A stretch of 43,003 nt of DNA. Origin: a virus. Its lineage: Duplodnaviria; Caudoviricetes. How positions within the stretch are numbered: position 1 is the first letter of the stretch; every line of letters starts with the position of its first letter. The notes under the pieces are model-generated. The model was not told the DNA's origin and made no database searches. It saw nothing but the letters and a program-made list of their open reading frames with translations. The DNA lies in IMG/VR virus record IMGVR_UViG_3300036833_000180, positions 1 through 43,003 of that record. The stretch is one strand, 5' to 3'. Position numbers and translations under genes: made by a program. Positions 1-9,015 of the stretch are shown here, piece after piece.

Positions 1-126
1 CTGTTTTTCTGTGACCCCTTTACCTCCATCAACTCTCTCTGATATACAACCCTAGGTTGACAATTGTCAACCTAGGGTTGTATATCAGAGAGAGTTGATG
101 GAGGTAAAGGGGTCACAGAAAAACAG
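1..126. repeat. Perfect 126-bp palindrome at the contig end (candidate hairpin terminus or fold-back junction)
   Basis: Bases 1-63 are the exact reverse complement of 64-126; the centre is TTGACAATTGTCAA with the axis at 63/64. Confidence 0.95.
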
Positions 127-260
127 GCTTGTCAATCCGGTTTGATGTCGCGCTTGCACCTTGTACCGTCCTGTGGTAAGCTTTGACTGCCGAATTAGCG
201 GCGTCATCCGCTTACACGAATGGCATTCGTTATTCAAGTGTCAAGGAATTATGTTTGGTG

Positions 261-533
261 TCAGGTGGGGATCGTCTCGGCAATCAGATTGATGTTGTGC
301 GGCACCACGCACTTCGACATCAGCTCCAGCGCTTTGCTGTTTTGCTCGATCAGCTTGCCGATCAGCGCGGCTTCGGTCTCACGGGTCTGGCGCACGCCGT
401 AGTAGATCGCGAACACGATGATGAACAGCATCAGCATGTTCAACACGATGACCGCCAGCATCATCGGCTGGCCGCGCATCGCATCAACAACCGAGGTGGC
501 AACCTTAGCGCCTTGCTCTGGCAGGCTCATCAT
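261..533 (-). CDS. Small membrane protein, paralog of the adjacent gene (lysis-cassette associated)
   Basis: One long hydrophobic helix; similar to 530-754 (VATSVVDAMRGQPMMLAVIVLN vs VASSFVDALKGQPLSLALVVMN); overlapping start/stop. Confidence 0.75.
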   Translation of the reverse strand: MMSLPEQGAKVATSVVDAMRGQPMMLAVIVLNMLMLFIIVFAIYYGVRQTRETEAALIGKLIEQNSKALELMSKCVVPHNINLIAETIPT

Positions 534-754
534 TTTTTTTCAGCCGGAGTGCATTGGTAGAGCAACTGCGCCATCTCACTGCGGTTCTGATACAGCAGCT
601 TCATCTCCTCTTGCCGCTCGCTGTGGGCGACGATGCCGGCATAGTACAGGTAGCCGAGCAGCAGAATGTTCATCACCACCAAAGCCAGCGATAGTGGCTG
701 GCCTTTGAGCGCATCAACAAACGAGCTGGCAACCTGCGTCGGTCCATTGCTCAT
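530..754 (-). CDS. Small membrane protein (lysis-cassette associated)
   Basis: Single TM helix followed by a coiled-coil-like tail; ATGA overlaps with both neighbours. Confidence 0.75.
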   Translation of the reverse strand: MSNGPTQVASSFVDALKGQPLSLALVVMNILLLGYLYYAGIVAHSERQEEMKLLYQNRSEMAQLLYQCTPAEKK

Positions 755-936
755 CGCCGCATGTATGGTTGTTTGTTTGGTATGAACCAGACCAGGATTG
801 GGATCGCCACCGCGATGATGACGCCGATCACCTCTTCGGTATGGGCACCAAACAAATCAATGCCCCACAGCAGATTGAGGATCGAGAGCACGGCGAGGGC
901 GAGCGCGGCCAGCGCTTTGTCGTACTCCGTAAACAT
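751..936 (-). CDS. Putative holin
   Basis: 61 aa with two TM helices and a basic C-terminus; AGGAG RBS; lies downstream of the tail fibres. Confidence 0.6.
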   Translation of the reverse strand: MFTEYDKALAALALAVLSILNLLWGIDLFGAHTEEVIGVIIAVAIPILVWFIPNKQPYMRR

Positions 937-1018
937 GCTGGACTCCTGTCAAACTGCGGAGCTTGACGCCACTTCTCCTTGTGCCGCAGGCATTTCTTGC
1001 TTGTTTGTTTGTTGTTTG

Positions 1019-2023
1019 TTACGGCAGCAGGAACGCCATCAAGGTCGGCTGGCCGTAGCTTTGACCAAATGTACCGGCGGAATTGTAGGCCCACAGCCGG
1101 ACGAAGTCGGTGGTGCCGTTCATGTGGGTGATGCCGTTGCCGAACAGCCATTGCGCCTGCGTCACTTCGACGGCGGCGACGATCGGCATGGTGGTGAGGT
1201 CGGCGTAGGGACCGCCGCTGTCGTTCTTGGCGAGCGATAGCAAGGCGATGCCGCTGGGGTTCCAGCCGAGTATTTGATAGTAGTACATGCCGGCGACCGC
1301 TGGCGTCCATTGTTTGGTGGTGACGTTCCAGTTGCCGTTGATGTTGATGCCCGGCGTGCCGTTGATCGGCGCAATGTCCCAAGCGCTGGCAGTGATGGGC
1401 GACTGGCTGACGGTCTGCACTGAAAACACCTGGGTCGTGGTCGGCACCGGGCCGATGGTCGCGCCAGGGCCGACCAGCACCCAAGCGGTGCCGGACCAAA
1501 TCCGCTGCACCGTGCCGTCGAACCACAGGTCGCCCGGATTGGGCGCGGGCGGCGCGGTGGCCTGCACGAAGCTCTTGGTGGTCGAGGTCGGCACCCAGGC
1601 GTTGCCGTCCCAGACATAGAGCGTCGAGCCGTTGAACCACAACTGGCCATTGAACGGACTGGCCGGCGGGGTCGAACCGGTGGCGGTGCCGCCGCTCGCG
1701 CCAGTGCCGCCGACCGCATCCCAGGCGGCACCATCGAAAATCCACAAGGTCGCGCCGTCGTACCAGAAGTGGCCGCGCACCGGATTGGCCGGCGCAGTCT
1801 GGCCGAACGACACGCCGCCATTGGCGCCCGGATACCAGGGCGGCTGGCCGACCGGGCCACTGAAGACCGGCGGACCGAACGGCGGAAAACCGCCACCATC
1901 GTCGCAACCGGGATCGCAGACCCAGTTCGAGCCGTCCCAGATCCAATTGCCGTCGCGGGTGCCGACTGCCGGCGGCGACCACATCTGCTGCCCGCTGCGG
2001 GCGCGAACCACGTTATTCGCCAT
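1019..2023 (-). CDS. Tail fibre / receptor-binding protein
   Basis: Three repeats of the P.GxLWFDG..L.VWDG.AW type and a beta-rich C1q-like C-terminus; AAGGAGG RBS. Confidence 0.7.
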   Translation of the reverse strand: MANNVVRARSGQQMWSPPAVGTRDGNWIWDGSNWVCDPGCDDGGGFPPFGPPVFSGPVGQPPWYPGANGGVSFGQTAPANPVRGHFWYDGATLWIFDGAAWDAVGGTGASGGTATGSTPPASPFNGQLWFNGSTLYVWDGNAWVPTSTTKSFVQATAPPAPNPGDLWFDGTVQRIWSGTAWVLVGPGATIGPVPTTTQVFSVQTVSQSPITASAWDIAPINGTPGININGNWNVTTKQWTPAVAGMYYYQILGWNPSGIALLSLAKNDSGGPYADLTTMPIVAAVEVTQAQWLFGNGITHMNGTTDFVRLWAYNSAGTFGQSYGQPTLMAFLLP

Positions 2024-2231
2024 GACGAACCTCCTTGCCGTTGGCGTCGATTTGGACGCCGCCCATGCGTTTGAGTTCTTCGGCCGATGGCCGCGGCGGC
2101 ACCGGATGCTGCGCGTTCAACTGGCCGCCGATCTTCATCAGCAACGGATTGGCTTCGGCCCAGGTGCATTTGGTGCCAATGATGGTGATCACCTGCTGCC
2201 ATTCCTGATCGGTCAATTCGACGCTTGACAT
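2013..2231 (-). CDS. Hypothetical protein (possible fibre chaperone)
   Basis: Start reassigned to the ATG at 2231 (MSSVELTDQEWQQ...), directly after the fibre gene stop. Confidence 0.6.
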   Translation of the reverse strand: MSSVELTDQEWQQVITIIGTKCTWAEANPLLMKIGGQLNAQHPVPPRPSAEELKRMGGVQIDANGKEVRHGE

Positions 2232-2239
2232 GAGTGCCC

Positions 2240-4561
2240 CTAATTCCAGACCCGCTCGATGATGACGACGCCGGCCAGGCCGTTCCAGCCGGTCGACCCC
2301 GATAGCCAGCCGCCAGCGCCGCCGCCACCATAGCCGCCGCCATTGCCGCCAAAGGAGACGGCACCGCCGACGTTGTTCGATTGTGCCAGCGCCGGCAGGC
2401 CGAGATAGGACAAGCCGCCATTGCCGCGATCGGTGGTGCTGCCCTGCGGGAAGCCGTCGCCGCCGACGACGTGATTGAGCATCGTCACCGTCGCGGTGCC
2501 GGGCGTGGTGGCGCCACCGTTGCCGCCGACGCCGGGGCCGACGGGAGAAGTCTGGGTGTTGGCCCCGTTGCCGCCGCCGACACAGGTGATCGCGCTTGAG
2601 GTGGCGGCAATGCTCAGTTGGGTGTTGCCGCCGCCACCAGGTGAGACACTGCCGAAGGTGCCGTGCAAGCCGGGATTGCCAACGGCCATTGTCATCGGCG
2701 ACGATGCCGGCACGCCGCTGAGCAAATATTCCTTGAACTCGGCGCCGCCGCCCCCCGAAGCGCCGTAGGTATTGCTGCCCCCCGCGCCGCCACCACCGCC
2801 ACCCGCGCCGCACATGCGGACCCGCCACACCGTGGCGGTGGTGCTGTCAGAGGGCGTGGTGAAGCTCGCCGCCGTGGTGGTGCCGTTGCCGGGCGCGCCG
2901 GTGGCCGGGAATACGCCGCTGACGAAGCTCTTGGCCAGCGCGCCGCCGACCCCGGTGACATCGGCCGCCGTCAAGGTCACCGCACCGATGCGGCCATTGA
3001 AGCTGCCGACAGCAACCGCACTGACATCGGCTTGCGTCAGGGTCACTGCCCCGGCCCTGGTGTTGAAGGTGGTGACGCCGCCGGCCGCGGCGAGCTGCGC
3101 CATGACGAACGCCGTGGTCGCCAATTGCTGAGTGTTGGTGTTCGCCGCCGCGGTCGGTGCCGTTGGCGTGCCGGTGAAAGCCGGCGAGTTGACCACCGCG
3201 CCGCCGGCCGCGGTGATGTCGTTGTTGGTCAGGCTGACCGCACCCTGGCGGCCGTTGAAGCTCAACACCGAGTTGGCCAGCACGAATGCGGTGGTGGCGA
3301 GCTGGGTCGTATTCGTGGCCGCCGCCGCGGTCGGCCCGGCCGGCACCCCGGTAAAGGTCGGACTGGCGATCGGCGCCCCGCCGGCCCCGGTCACATCGGC
3401 GGTGGTCAGGGTGACGACACCGGAGCGGCCATTGAAGGTCACCACCCCGGCGGCGATCGAGCCGACTTCGTTCAAGACGAACGCCGTGGTGGCGAGCTGC
3501 TGCGTCGAGGTGCCGACCGCGGCGGTGGGGGCCATCGGCACCCCGGTGAAATTCGGGCTCACCAGCGGGGCGCCGCCGGCCGCCGTGAGGTCGGCCAGGG
3601 TGAGCGTGACCGCCCCGATGCGGGTGTTGAAGCTCGACACTCCGGTGGTCGAGGCCTGCACCGCGGCCTGCACGAACGCGGTGGTCGCCAATTGCGCGGT
3701 GCTGGTGCCGGCATTGGCGGTGGGCGCGGTCGGGATCCCGGAAAAAGCCGGCGAGGCGAGCGGCGCGTACAGCGCCAGGTCGGGAATGAACACCGCCTCG
3801 GCGATGGCGTCCTGGATGCTCTCGTCGACGAACAGGGTGGTGGCGATGCGGTTGGAAGCATCGCCCAGCGCCGGATTGGCCGCGGTCGGGAACGGCGGGC
3901 CGGGCACCGCAAAGGCGGCATTCACGTCGGCGGTGGTGAGCACGACGGCACCACCGCGGCCATTGAAGCTGGTCACGATGCTGCCGCCGCAGATCAGCGC
4001 CTCGATGACGCCCTGGACCCAATGGGTGGTGGCGATCTGATCGGAGTCGGCGCGGAAGTCCCACGGGCTCGGCGAGGTGTTGAAGCCGCCGAAATGAGCG
4101 TCTTGGATTGGCGCGCCACCGGCGCGTAGCACGTCGGCAGTCTCGAGTTGGACGAAGCCGGAGCGGCCGTTGAAGCTGATGACGGTGTCGTCGAATAGCG
4201 CGGTGACATAGTCCTGGGTCGCCAACGCCTGACCGGCGACGAAGATATCGCCCCCGGCATAGATCGAGCCGGCCGCGGTGATGCTGCCGGTGGCGTTCAG
4301 GGTCGGCGCGGTGACGCTGCCGTTGAACGTAAAGCCGATGCCGTCCGAGGTCAGGCTGGCGCCATTCCAGGCGATGCCGAAGCCGGGCTCGACATGCAAC
4401 GAGCCGCCATTCTCCAGCGCGGTGCCGACCAGGTTGGTGATCAGGATCGAGGCGTAGGGGCCACCGAGGCCGCCCTGCTGGATCAGCGCCAGATCGGCCG
4501 GCCCGACACTCGGAACCAGCGGGTATTGGCCAATCTGCCTGACGTTCAGAACGTCATTCAC
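2240..4561 (-). CDS. Long tail fibre protein with tandem ~60-aa repeats and a Gly-rich C-terminal domain
   Basis: Repeated SFNGR.G.V.LT..DV..AGGAP..SP.FTG.PTAPTA..GT.T.QLATTAFV units, typical of phage tail fibres. Confidence 0.85.
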   Translation of the reverse strand: MNDVLNVRQIGQYPLVPSVGPADLALIQQGGLGGPYASILITNLVGTALENGGSLHVEPGFGIAWNGASLTSDGIGFTFNGSVTAPTLNATGSITAAGSIYAGGDIFVAGQALATQDYVTALFDDTVISFNGRSGFVQLETADVLRAGGAPIQDAHFGGFNTSPSPWDFRADSDQIATTHWVQGVIEALICGGSIVTSFNGRGGAVVLTTADVNAAFAVPGPPFPTAANPALGDASNRIATTLFVDESIQDAIAEAVFIPDLALYAPLASPAFSGIPTAPTANAGTSTAQLATTAFVQAAVQASTTGVSSFNTRIGAVTLTLADLTAAGGAPLVSPNFTGVPMAPTAAVGTSTQQLATTAFVLNEVGSIAAGVVTFNGRSGVVTLTTADVTGAGGAPIASPTFTGVPAGPTAAAATNTTQLATTAFVLANSVLSFNGRQGAVSLTNNDITAAGGAVVNSPAFTGTPTAPTAAANTNTQQLATTAFVMAQLAAAGGVTTFNTRAGAVTLTQADVSAVAVGSFNGRIGAVTLTAADVTGVGGALAKSFVSGVFPATGAPGNGTTTAASFTTPSDSTTATVWRVRMCGAGGGGGGAGGSNTYGASGGGGAEFKEYLLSGVPASSPMTMAVGNPGLHGTFGSVSPGGGGNTQLSIAATSSAITCVGGGNGANTQTSPVGPGVGGNGGATTPGTATVTMLNHVVGGDGFPQGSTTDRGNGGLSYLGLPALAQSNNVGGAVSFGGNGGGYGGGGAGGWLSGSTGWNGLAGVVIIERVWN

Positions 4562-4568
4562 GCCTCAC

Positions 4569-5339
4569 CTATGCGATCGGCGTCTGGCTGGTGTTAAGCA
4601 CGTCCTGATAGTGGCTGATCAAGGCCGCCTGGGTGCGGGTCACCGCGCTCTGGTTCTGCATGATCAGCATCAGGGTCGGGGCATCCTGCGGAGTGGGCCA
4701 CGACGAGGCCGCCTTCGGCGGCGTGAACGCCAAGGGGGCGGCAGCAGCGGTGGTGGCGACGCTGGTGGTGTAGGTGCCGGAGCCGCCCGCGGCGCCGCTC
4801 TGCTGATTGACGATGGTGGTGCCGGCCGGCACGCCGAGCCCGGCCACGGTGGCGCCGGTGATGATGGCGCCGTTGACCGCGGTCACGGCGAGGCTGGTTC
4901 CAGTGGCGGTGCCGGTGCCGGTGGCAACGCCGGGCGGTGGCGTGAAGGTCAGCGCCACGTTGGTCAAGGTGGTGGCGACATTGGTGGTGTAGGTGCCGGC
5001 GCCGCCGGGGGTGCCGGAAGGCTGCGCCGTGATGGTGGTCCCGGTCGGAACGCCAGCGCCAGCGACCGTATCGCCAATGTCGACGGTGCCGCCGGCGACA
5101 TTGCTGACCGTCAAGCTGGTGGTGCCGGTCGAAGCCCCAGTGCCAGTCGCCACCCCCGGCACCGGCGCGGCCTGGGCGGCGTTGAGGATGCCCTGATAGC
5201 GGTCAATCAAGACCGCATTGTCGGCCATGGTCTTGGTCTGGGCCTCGACGATGACCAAGAGGTCAGTAGCGTCATTGGGGTCGGGCCAGGGCACGCCCAG
5301 CGGGCTCGGTTGAACAAGGCGCAATGCCGGTTGAACCAT
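4569..5339 (-). CDS. Virion structural protein with internal duplication
   Basis: Two copies of a ~70-aa Thr/Gly-rich module, flanked by two WP.P.DA..L...LI..YQ..LN..Q motifs. Confidence 0.7.
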   Translation of the reverse strand: MVQPALRLVQPSPLGVPWPDPNDATDLLVIVEAQTKTMADNAVLIDRYQGILNAAQAAPVPGVATGTGASTGTTSLTVSNVAGGTVDIGDTVAGAGVPTGTTITAQPSGTPGGAGTYTTNVATTLTNVALTFTPPPGVATGTGTATGTSLAVTAVNGAIITGATVAGLGVPAGTTIVNQQSGAAGGSGTYTTSVATTAAAAPLAFTPPKAASSWPTPQDAPTLMLIMQNQSAVTRTQAALISHYQDVLNTSQTPIA

Positions 5340-5348
5340 GGGTGAGCC

Positions 5349-5819
5349 TCATGAGGTGGTCGAGCACAGGCACAAGGCCGTGCGCGGATAAATCATCCCG
5401 TTTGAGTCGGTGGCGGTCCAGCGAAACTGGTAATCGGCGCCGTCGACGCCGCCATTGAGTGTAGCATAAAGCGCCCGGTCGACGATCTGCACCGGGTCGA
5501 TGATCCAGGTGTTGCTGACATCGACCGGCGGCACCGCGTTGGTGAAAATCGTCAACGCGCCCTGGGTCGGGCCCAGGCCGCGCGGAATGACGGCGGCAAA
5601 ATCCATGCCGAAGGTCATCACCTCGCCGGCCGGATGGCTGGGCCAATAGCGCCGGGTCAGGCCGCTCTGGCTGTTGGTGGCGAGGGCGTGAACCAGCTTG
5701 ACCGGCGGCGGCACCACGCCCAGCCCGACGACGCTGCCGGCGTTCGGATCGGCCAGCCGAAAGCCCTGATTGTCAACGATAATTTCTGGGCGAGCGGATA
5801 ATCCGAACGGGCTGTCCAT
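5349..5819 (-). CDS. Putative fibre-tail adaptor protein
   Basis: P.GEV.TFGMDF...GGVDGADYQFRWTATDSNG resembles the small adaptors that precede fibre genes. Confidence 0.55.
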   Translation of the reverse strand: MDSPFGLSARPEIIVDNQGFRLADPNAGSVVGLGVVPPPVKLVHALATNSQSGLTRRYWPSHPAGEVMTFGMDFAAVIPRGLGPTQGALTIFTNAVPPVDVSNTWIIDPVQIVDRALYATLNGGVDGADYQFRWTATDSNGMIYPRTALCLCSTTS

Positions 5820-5838
5820 TCGGCTATTGTGCCACGAA

Positions 5839-5885
5839 GTGACGCGGCGTTACAGTGACCGGATCGTGACAGCAATAGTGTGACA
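5839..5885. repeat. Cluster of GTGAC(A) motifs upstream of the replication genes
   Basis: GTGAC at 5839, 5855, 5866 and 5880, the reverse complement of the GTCAC iterons at 8255-8365. Confidence 0.45.
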
Positions 5886-6009
5886 AGAGAAAGGGGCCAG
5901 TTTGCGCTGGCCCCTGAAGGAAGGGAAGCGAACCTCCCTGCAGAGGTCCGTAGAGCACGCTACCAGAACCGCTAAGCGCCGGAGGTGCGTGTCCACAAGG
6001 AGAGCCCCC

Positions 6010-6273
6010 GTGAACGATGCCAACATAGATAGTCTGTTTGCTCCTGACAACCCCAAAATACCACTCAGCGGCGTGACACGACAAAACGCTTTACACCGGC
6101 TGAGCAAAGAGCCGTGCCCGCGCTGCGGTGTTGTTGGTGACTTCAAGCTGTTCAACAACGCCATGCACGTCGGTGTCGCTTGCCGAGCGTGTGGCCGCAA
6201 GCACGTGTTCAGAAGCCGCGGCGTGATGTGGCTGCCAGATGTGATCAACGCTTGGAAAAGAGGCCGACTATGA
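6010..6273 (+). CDS. Zinc-finger protein (two CxxC pairs), possibly a primase Zn-binding partner
   Basis: AAGGAGAG RBS before GTG 6010; CPRC and CRAC motifs; ATGA overlap with the next gene. Confidence 0.7.
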   Translation: MNDANIDSLFAPDNPKIPLSGVTRQNALHRLSKEPCPRCGVVGDFKLFNNAMHVGVACRACGRKHVFRSRGVMWLPDVINAWKRGRL

Positions 6274-8243
6274 GCGAGCGCGCAATAGTCGGCACTTTCT
6301 TCTTTCACCACAGCGCGCGCCACAAGCAGGATTTTTCCCTTAGTCCTCAAGAGCTTAGCGAACTGATCCGCAGCCACAACAAGCCGCAGAAAGCCGACCT
6401 GCAATGGATCAAGCTGGCCGGCTTCGGGGCGTTGGAAAGCGAGAAGAAGTCGCTACGACACGACGCCAACGTCAACTGGATCAGCGGCATCGAGGGCGAC
6501 TACGACAGCGAAAAATCGCCGTTAAAGATTTCCTTTGACGAAGCGGTGCAGACACTGGAAGACGCCGGCATCGAGTGCATCGTCTACACTACACCGAGCC
6601 ACACACCGCAGAGCCCGCACTGGCGCGTGCTGGCACCGTTTGCTGAGCGCTACCAGCCGATCGAGCGCGACCGCTTCATGGCGCGATTGAACGGCATGTT
6701 CCGCGGCGCGTTCGCGCCGGAAAGCTTCACGCTGAGCCAATCATACTATATCGGCTATGTCAGCAACGGCGCCGGCGCCGGGCAGCATCATCAGGTCGAA
6801 TACATCGAAGGCCAAGCTGGTCGATCAGACCTGGCCAGGCGCGATGATCTCGATGCCGGCGCCATCGGACCAAAGAACAAACAAAAAACCGCAAGCGGCG
6901 ACTACGAGTATGTCAATTTTCCCGAGCTGCTCAACATCCTGACCAGCGGCGGTGATTACCATCCGGTGCTGCCACCGATCGTCGGCACCATCGCGTCGAG
7001 AGGTGCGCCCAAACAATTGTGCATCGAACTGATGCTCGGCCTGTTTGAAACCGCGCTGCGCAAGCGTCCCGAAATCCGCGAACGTTGGAAAGAGGTGCTG
7101 GAAGTCGTCGATTGGGTCTACAGCAAGGAACAAGCCAAACAACAGCCACAGGCGGAAACGCCGCCGCCGAGCGGCTGGCCGTGGGTCTGGGACAAGGTCG
7201 ATTGGGACGACTACCCGCCGCCGCCACAGGAATGGTCGGTGCGCAATCGCATCCCGTCGAAGCAGGTTTGTTTGCTGTCGGGCCACGGCGCCACCGGCAA
7301 GTCGACGATCGGCCTGTATCTGGCGTGCGCTCACGTCATGGGCCGCGACTGGCTGAAATCGCTGCCCAAGCCCGGCCCGGCATTCTTCATCGACGCCGAG
7401 GACGATCTCAACGTCATCTGGCGCCGGCTCGACGCCGTGCGTGAGCATTATCAGATCAAGTTCGACGACCTGTTTGAAAACGGTCTGCAGCTGTTGCCAA
7501 TGGCCGGCGAGGACGCGGTGATGGCCACCACAAATCGAGACGGAAAAGTTATCGTCACACCATTCTACCGCCACGTGCTGGAGCGCGTTGAAGCCCACAA
7601 GCCGGAACAGATCGTCATCGCCTCGGCCGCCAACGTGTTCGCCGGCAATGAGAACGACCGCTCGCAGGTGCAGCAGTTCATCGGCCATCTGAAAAAGCTG
7701 GCAATGATCAGCAGCGGCTCGGTGGTCTTGATCACCCATCCCTCGCTGACCGGATTGAACACAAACACGATCCTGTCGGGCTCGACACAATGGCACAACG
7801 CGGTGCGCGCCCGCATGGTGCTCAAGGGCGTCGACGGCAACGGCAGCGAAAAACAGGACGACAGCGACCTACGGCAGCTCGAATTCGCCAAGAACCAGTA
7901 CGGCAAAATGGACGACAGCGTGTTGCTGCGCTGGACCAGCGGCATGTTCCTGCCAGTACCGGAGCAGACCAACTACGAAAAGGCCGCCGCCATGGCCATG
8001 GCCGAAGACGTGTTCACCACCCTGCTGCGCCGCTTCATCGCCGCCAAACGCCAAGTCTCGCCAAAGCCGACAGCACGCAATAACGCCGCCGCAGTGTTCG
8101 CCGAGCAGGAAGAAGCCATCAAAGCCAAACTGTCAAAAAAAGAGCTGTGGGCGGCCATGGAGCGGTTGTTCAAGCGCAACGCCATCAAAGTCTCAGAGTG
8201 GGGACCGCCGTCGCAGCGGATGCAATACCTGGAGTTCCCATAA
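6270..8243 (+). CDS. Primase-like N-terminal domain fused to a RepA-type AAA helicase
   Basis: N-terminal IEGDYD and YTTPSH..HWRV motifs (AEP/primase-like); Walker A GHGATGKS; AGNENDRSQV and ITHPS..SGSTQWHNAVR as in RepA/AAA_25 helicases. Confidence 0.85.
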   Translation: MSERAIVGTFFFHHSARHKQDFSLSPQELSELIRSHNKPQKADLQWIKLAGFGALESEKKSLRHDANVNWISGIEGDYDSEKSPLKISFDEAVQTLEDAGIECIVYTTPSHTPQSPHWRVLAPFAERYQPIERDRFMARLNGMFRGAFAPESFTLSQSYYIGYVSNGAGAGQHHQVEYIEGQAGRSDLARRDDLDAGAIGPKNKQKTASGDYEYVNFPELLNILTSGGDYHPVLPPIVGTIASRGAPKQLCIELMLGLFETALRKRPEIRERWKEVLEVVDWVYSKEQAKQQPQAETPPPSGWPWVWDKVDWDDYPPPPQEWSVRNRIPSKQVCLLSGHGATGKSTIGLYLACAHVMGRDWLKSLPKPGPAFFIDAEDDLNVIWRRLDAVREHYQIKFDDLFENGLQLLPMAGEDAVMATTNRDGKVIVTPFYRHVLERVEAHKPEQIVIASAANVFAGNENDRSQVQQFIGHLKKLAMISSGSVVLITHPSLTGLNTNTILSGSTQWHNAVRARMVLKGVDGNGSEKQDDSDLRQLEFAKNQYGKMDDSVLLRWTSGMFLPVPEQTNYEKAAAMAMAEDVFTTLLRRFIAAKRQVSPKPTARNNAAAVFAEQEEAIKAKLSKKELWAAMERLFKRNAIKVSEWGPPSQRMQYLEFP

Positions 8244-8254
8244 TGGAACTTTGC

Positions 8255-8365
8255 CTCGTCACATACCCTCGTCACATGGGTCGTCACATGATCACACCCC
8301 CCCCTCGTCACACTCATCACACCCACCCCCGTAGGGGGTGAGTGTGACGAGAGGTCATCACACTC
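8255..8365. other. Putative replication origin: TCGTCACA iterons plus a hairpin
   Basis: (CC)TCGTCACA x4, ATCACAC x3 and an inverted GTGTGACGAG around a CACCCC-CGTA-GGGGTG hairpin, immediately after the helicase gene. Confidence 0.65.
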
Positions 8366-8415
8366 TCTTTAGACCCCCGAAAAGAAAAGTTCCCCACCCG
8401 CCCAAGGAGAGCAAA

Positions 8416-8919
8416 ATGGCGACCACCGGAACCGGAAAATGGGCTGAGCCCGGCGTCCCGCACCGCGGCTGGGAATGTGTCCATATCGAAGACCTCGGCG
8501 AACCGTCGGCGACCTGCGAAATGTGCCAGGTCATGACCATCCGCTTCGTCCACACCATGAGCCACCCGGACTACGGCGACGAGCTGCGGGTCGGTTGCGT
8601 CTGCGCCGGCCACATGGAAGAGGACTACGAGGCCGCCAAAAGCCGCGAAACAGCAATGCGGGCGCGGTCGAGCCGGCGGGCAAAGTTCCCCGACCGGGCC
8701 GGTTGGCGGCTCTCGGCGCGCGGCAATAGGTTCATCAATGTCGGTGGCTTCAATATCGTCGCCTACCCGACTCATGATCACGGCCATTCCGGTTTCTCAG
8801 TGCGTGTGCTCGACAAGCGTAGCGGCCGTACCGTGTTCGTGCCCGGCCGTTACCAGACCCAGGTCGACGCCAAACTGGCGGCGTTCGATCAGATGGAGCA
8901 GATGAAGAATGGACGCTGA
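8416..8919 (+). CDS. Conserved hypothetical Zn-binding protein
   Basis: AAGGAGAGCAAAATG start; PGVPHRGW, CEMC and VGCVCAGHM motifs. Confidence 0.75.
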   Translation: MATTGTGKWAEPGVPHRGWECVHIEDLGEPSATCEMCQVMTIRFVHTMSHPDYGDELRVGCVCAGHMEEDYEAAKSRETAMRARSSRRAKFPDRAGWRLSARGNRFINVGGFNIVAYPTHDHGHSGFSVRVLDKRSGRTVFVPGRYQTQVDAKLAAFDQMEQMKNGR

Positions 8920-9015
8920 ATAAGACGAAAAAATTCCAAGGAAAAAAATTGGGCAAAGTTGCCACAATTGGAGAAAAAATTTTGGGGAGTTAATCGCGGG
9001 GGGTGTGCACCGATC

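Noticed and set aside
183-560. + strand ORFs near the left end, after a TTGCAC-N17-TAAGCT promoter-like motif
   Set aside because: They are antisense to convincing membrane-protein genes and lack an RBS; at most this is an antisense transcript.
2663-4129. Long + strand and alternative-frame ORFs over the tail fibre, and similar shadow ORFs elsewhere (for example 19970-20977 and 23799-24878)
   Set aside because: These are antisense or off-frame shadows expected in GC-rich coding DNA; they have no RBS or recognisable motifs.
1019-5339. Diversity-generating retroelement or invertase-driven fibre switching
   Set aside because: No reverse transcriptase, no TR/VR pair differing at adenines, and no serine invertase were seen.
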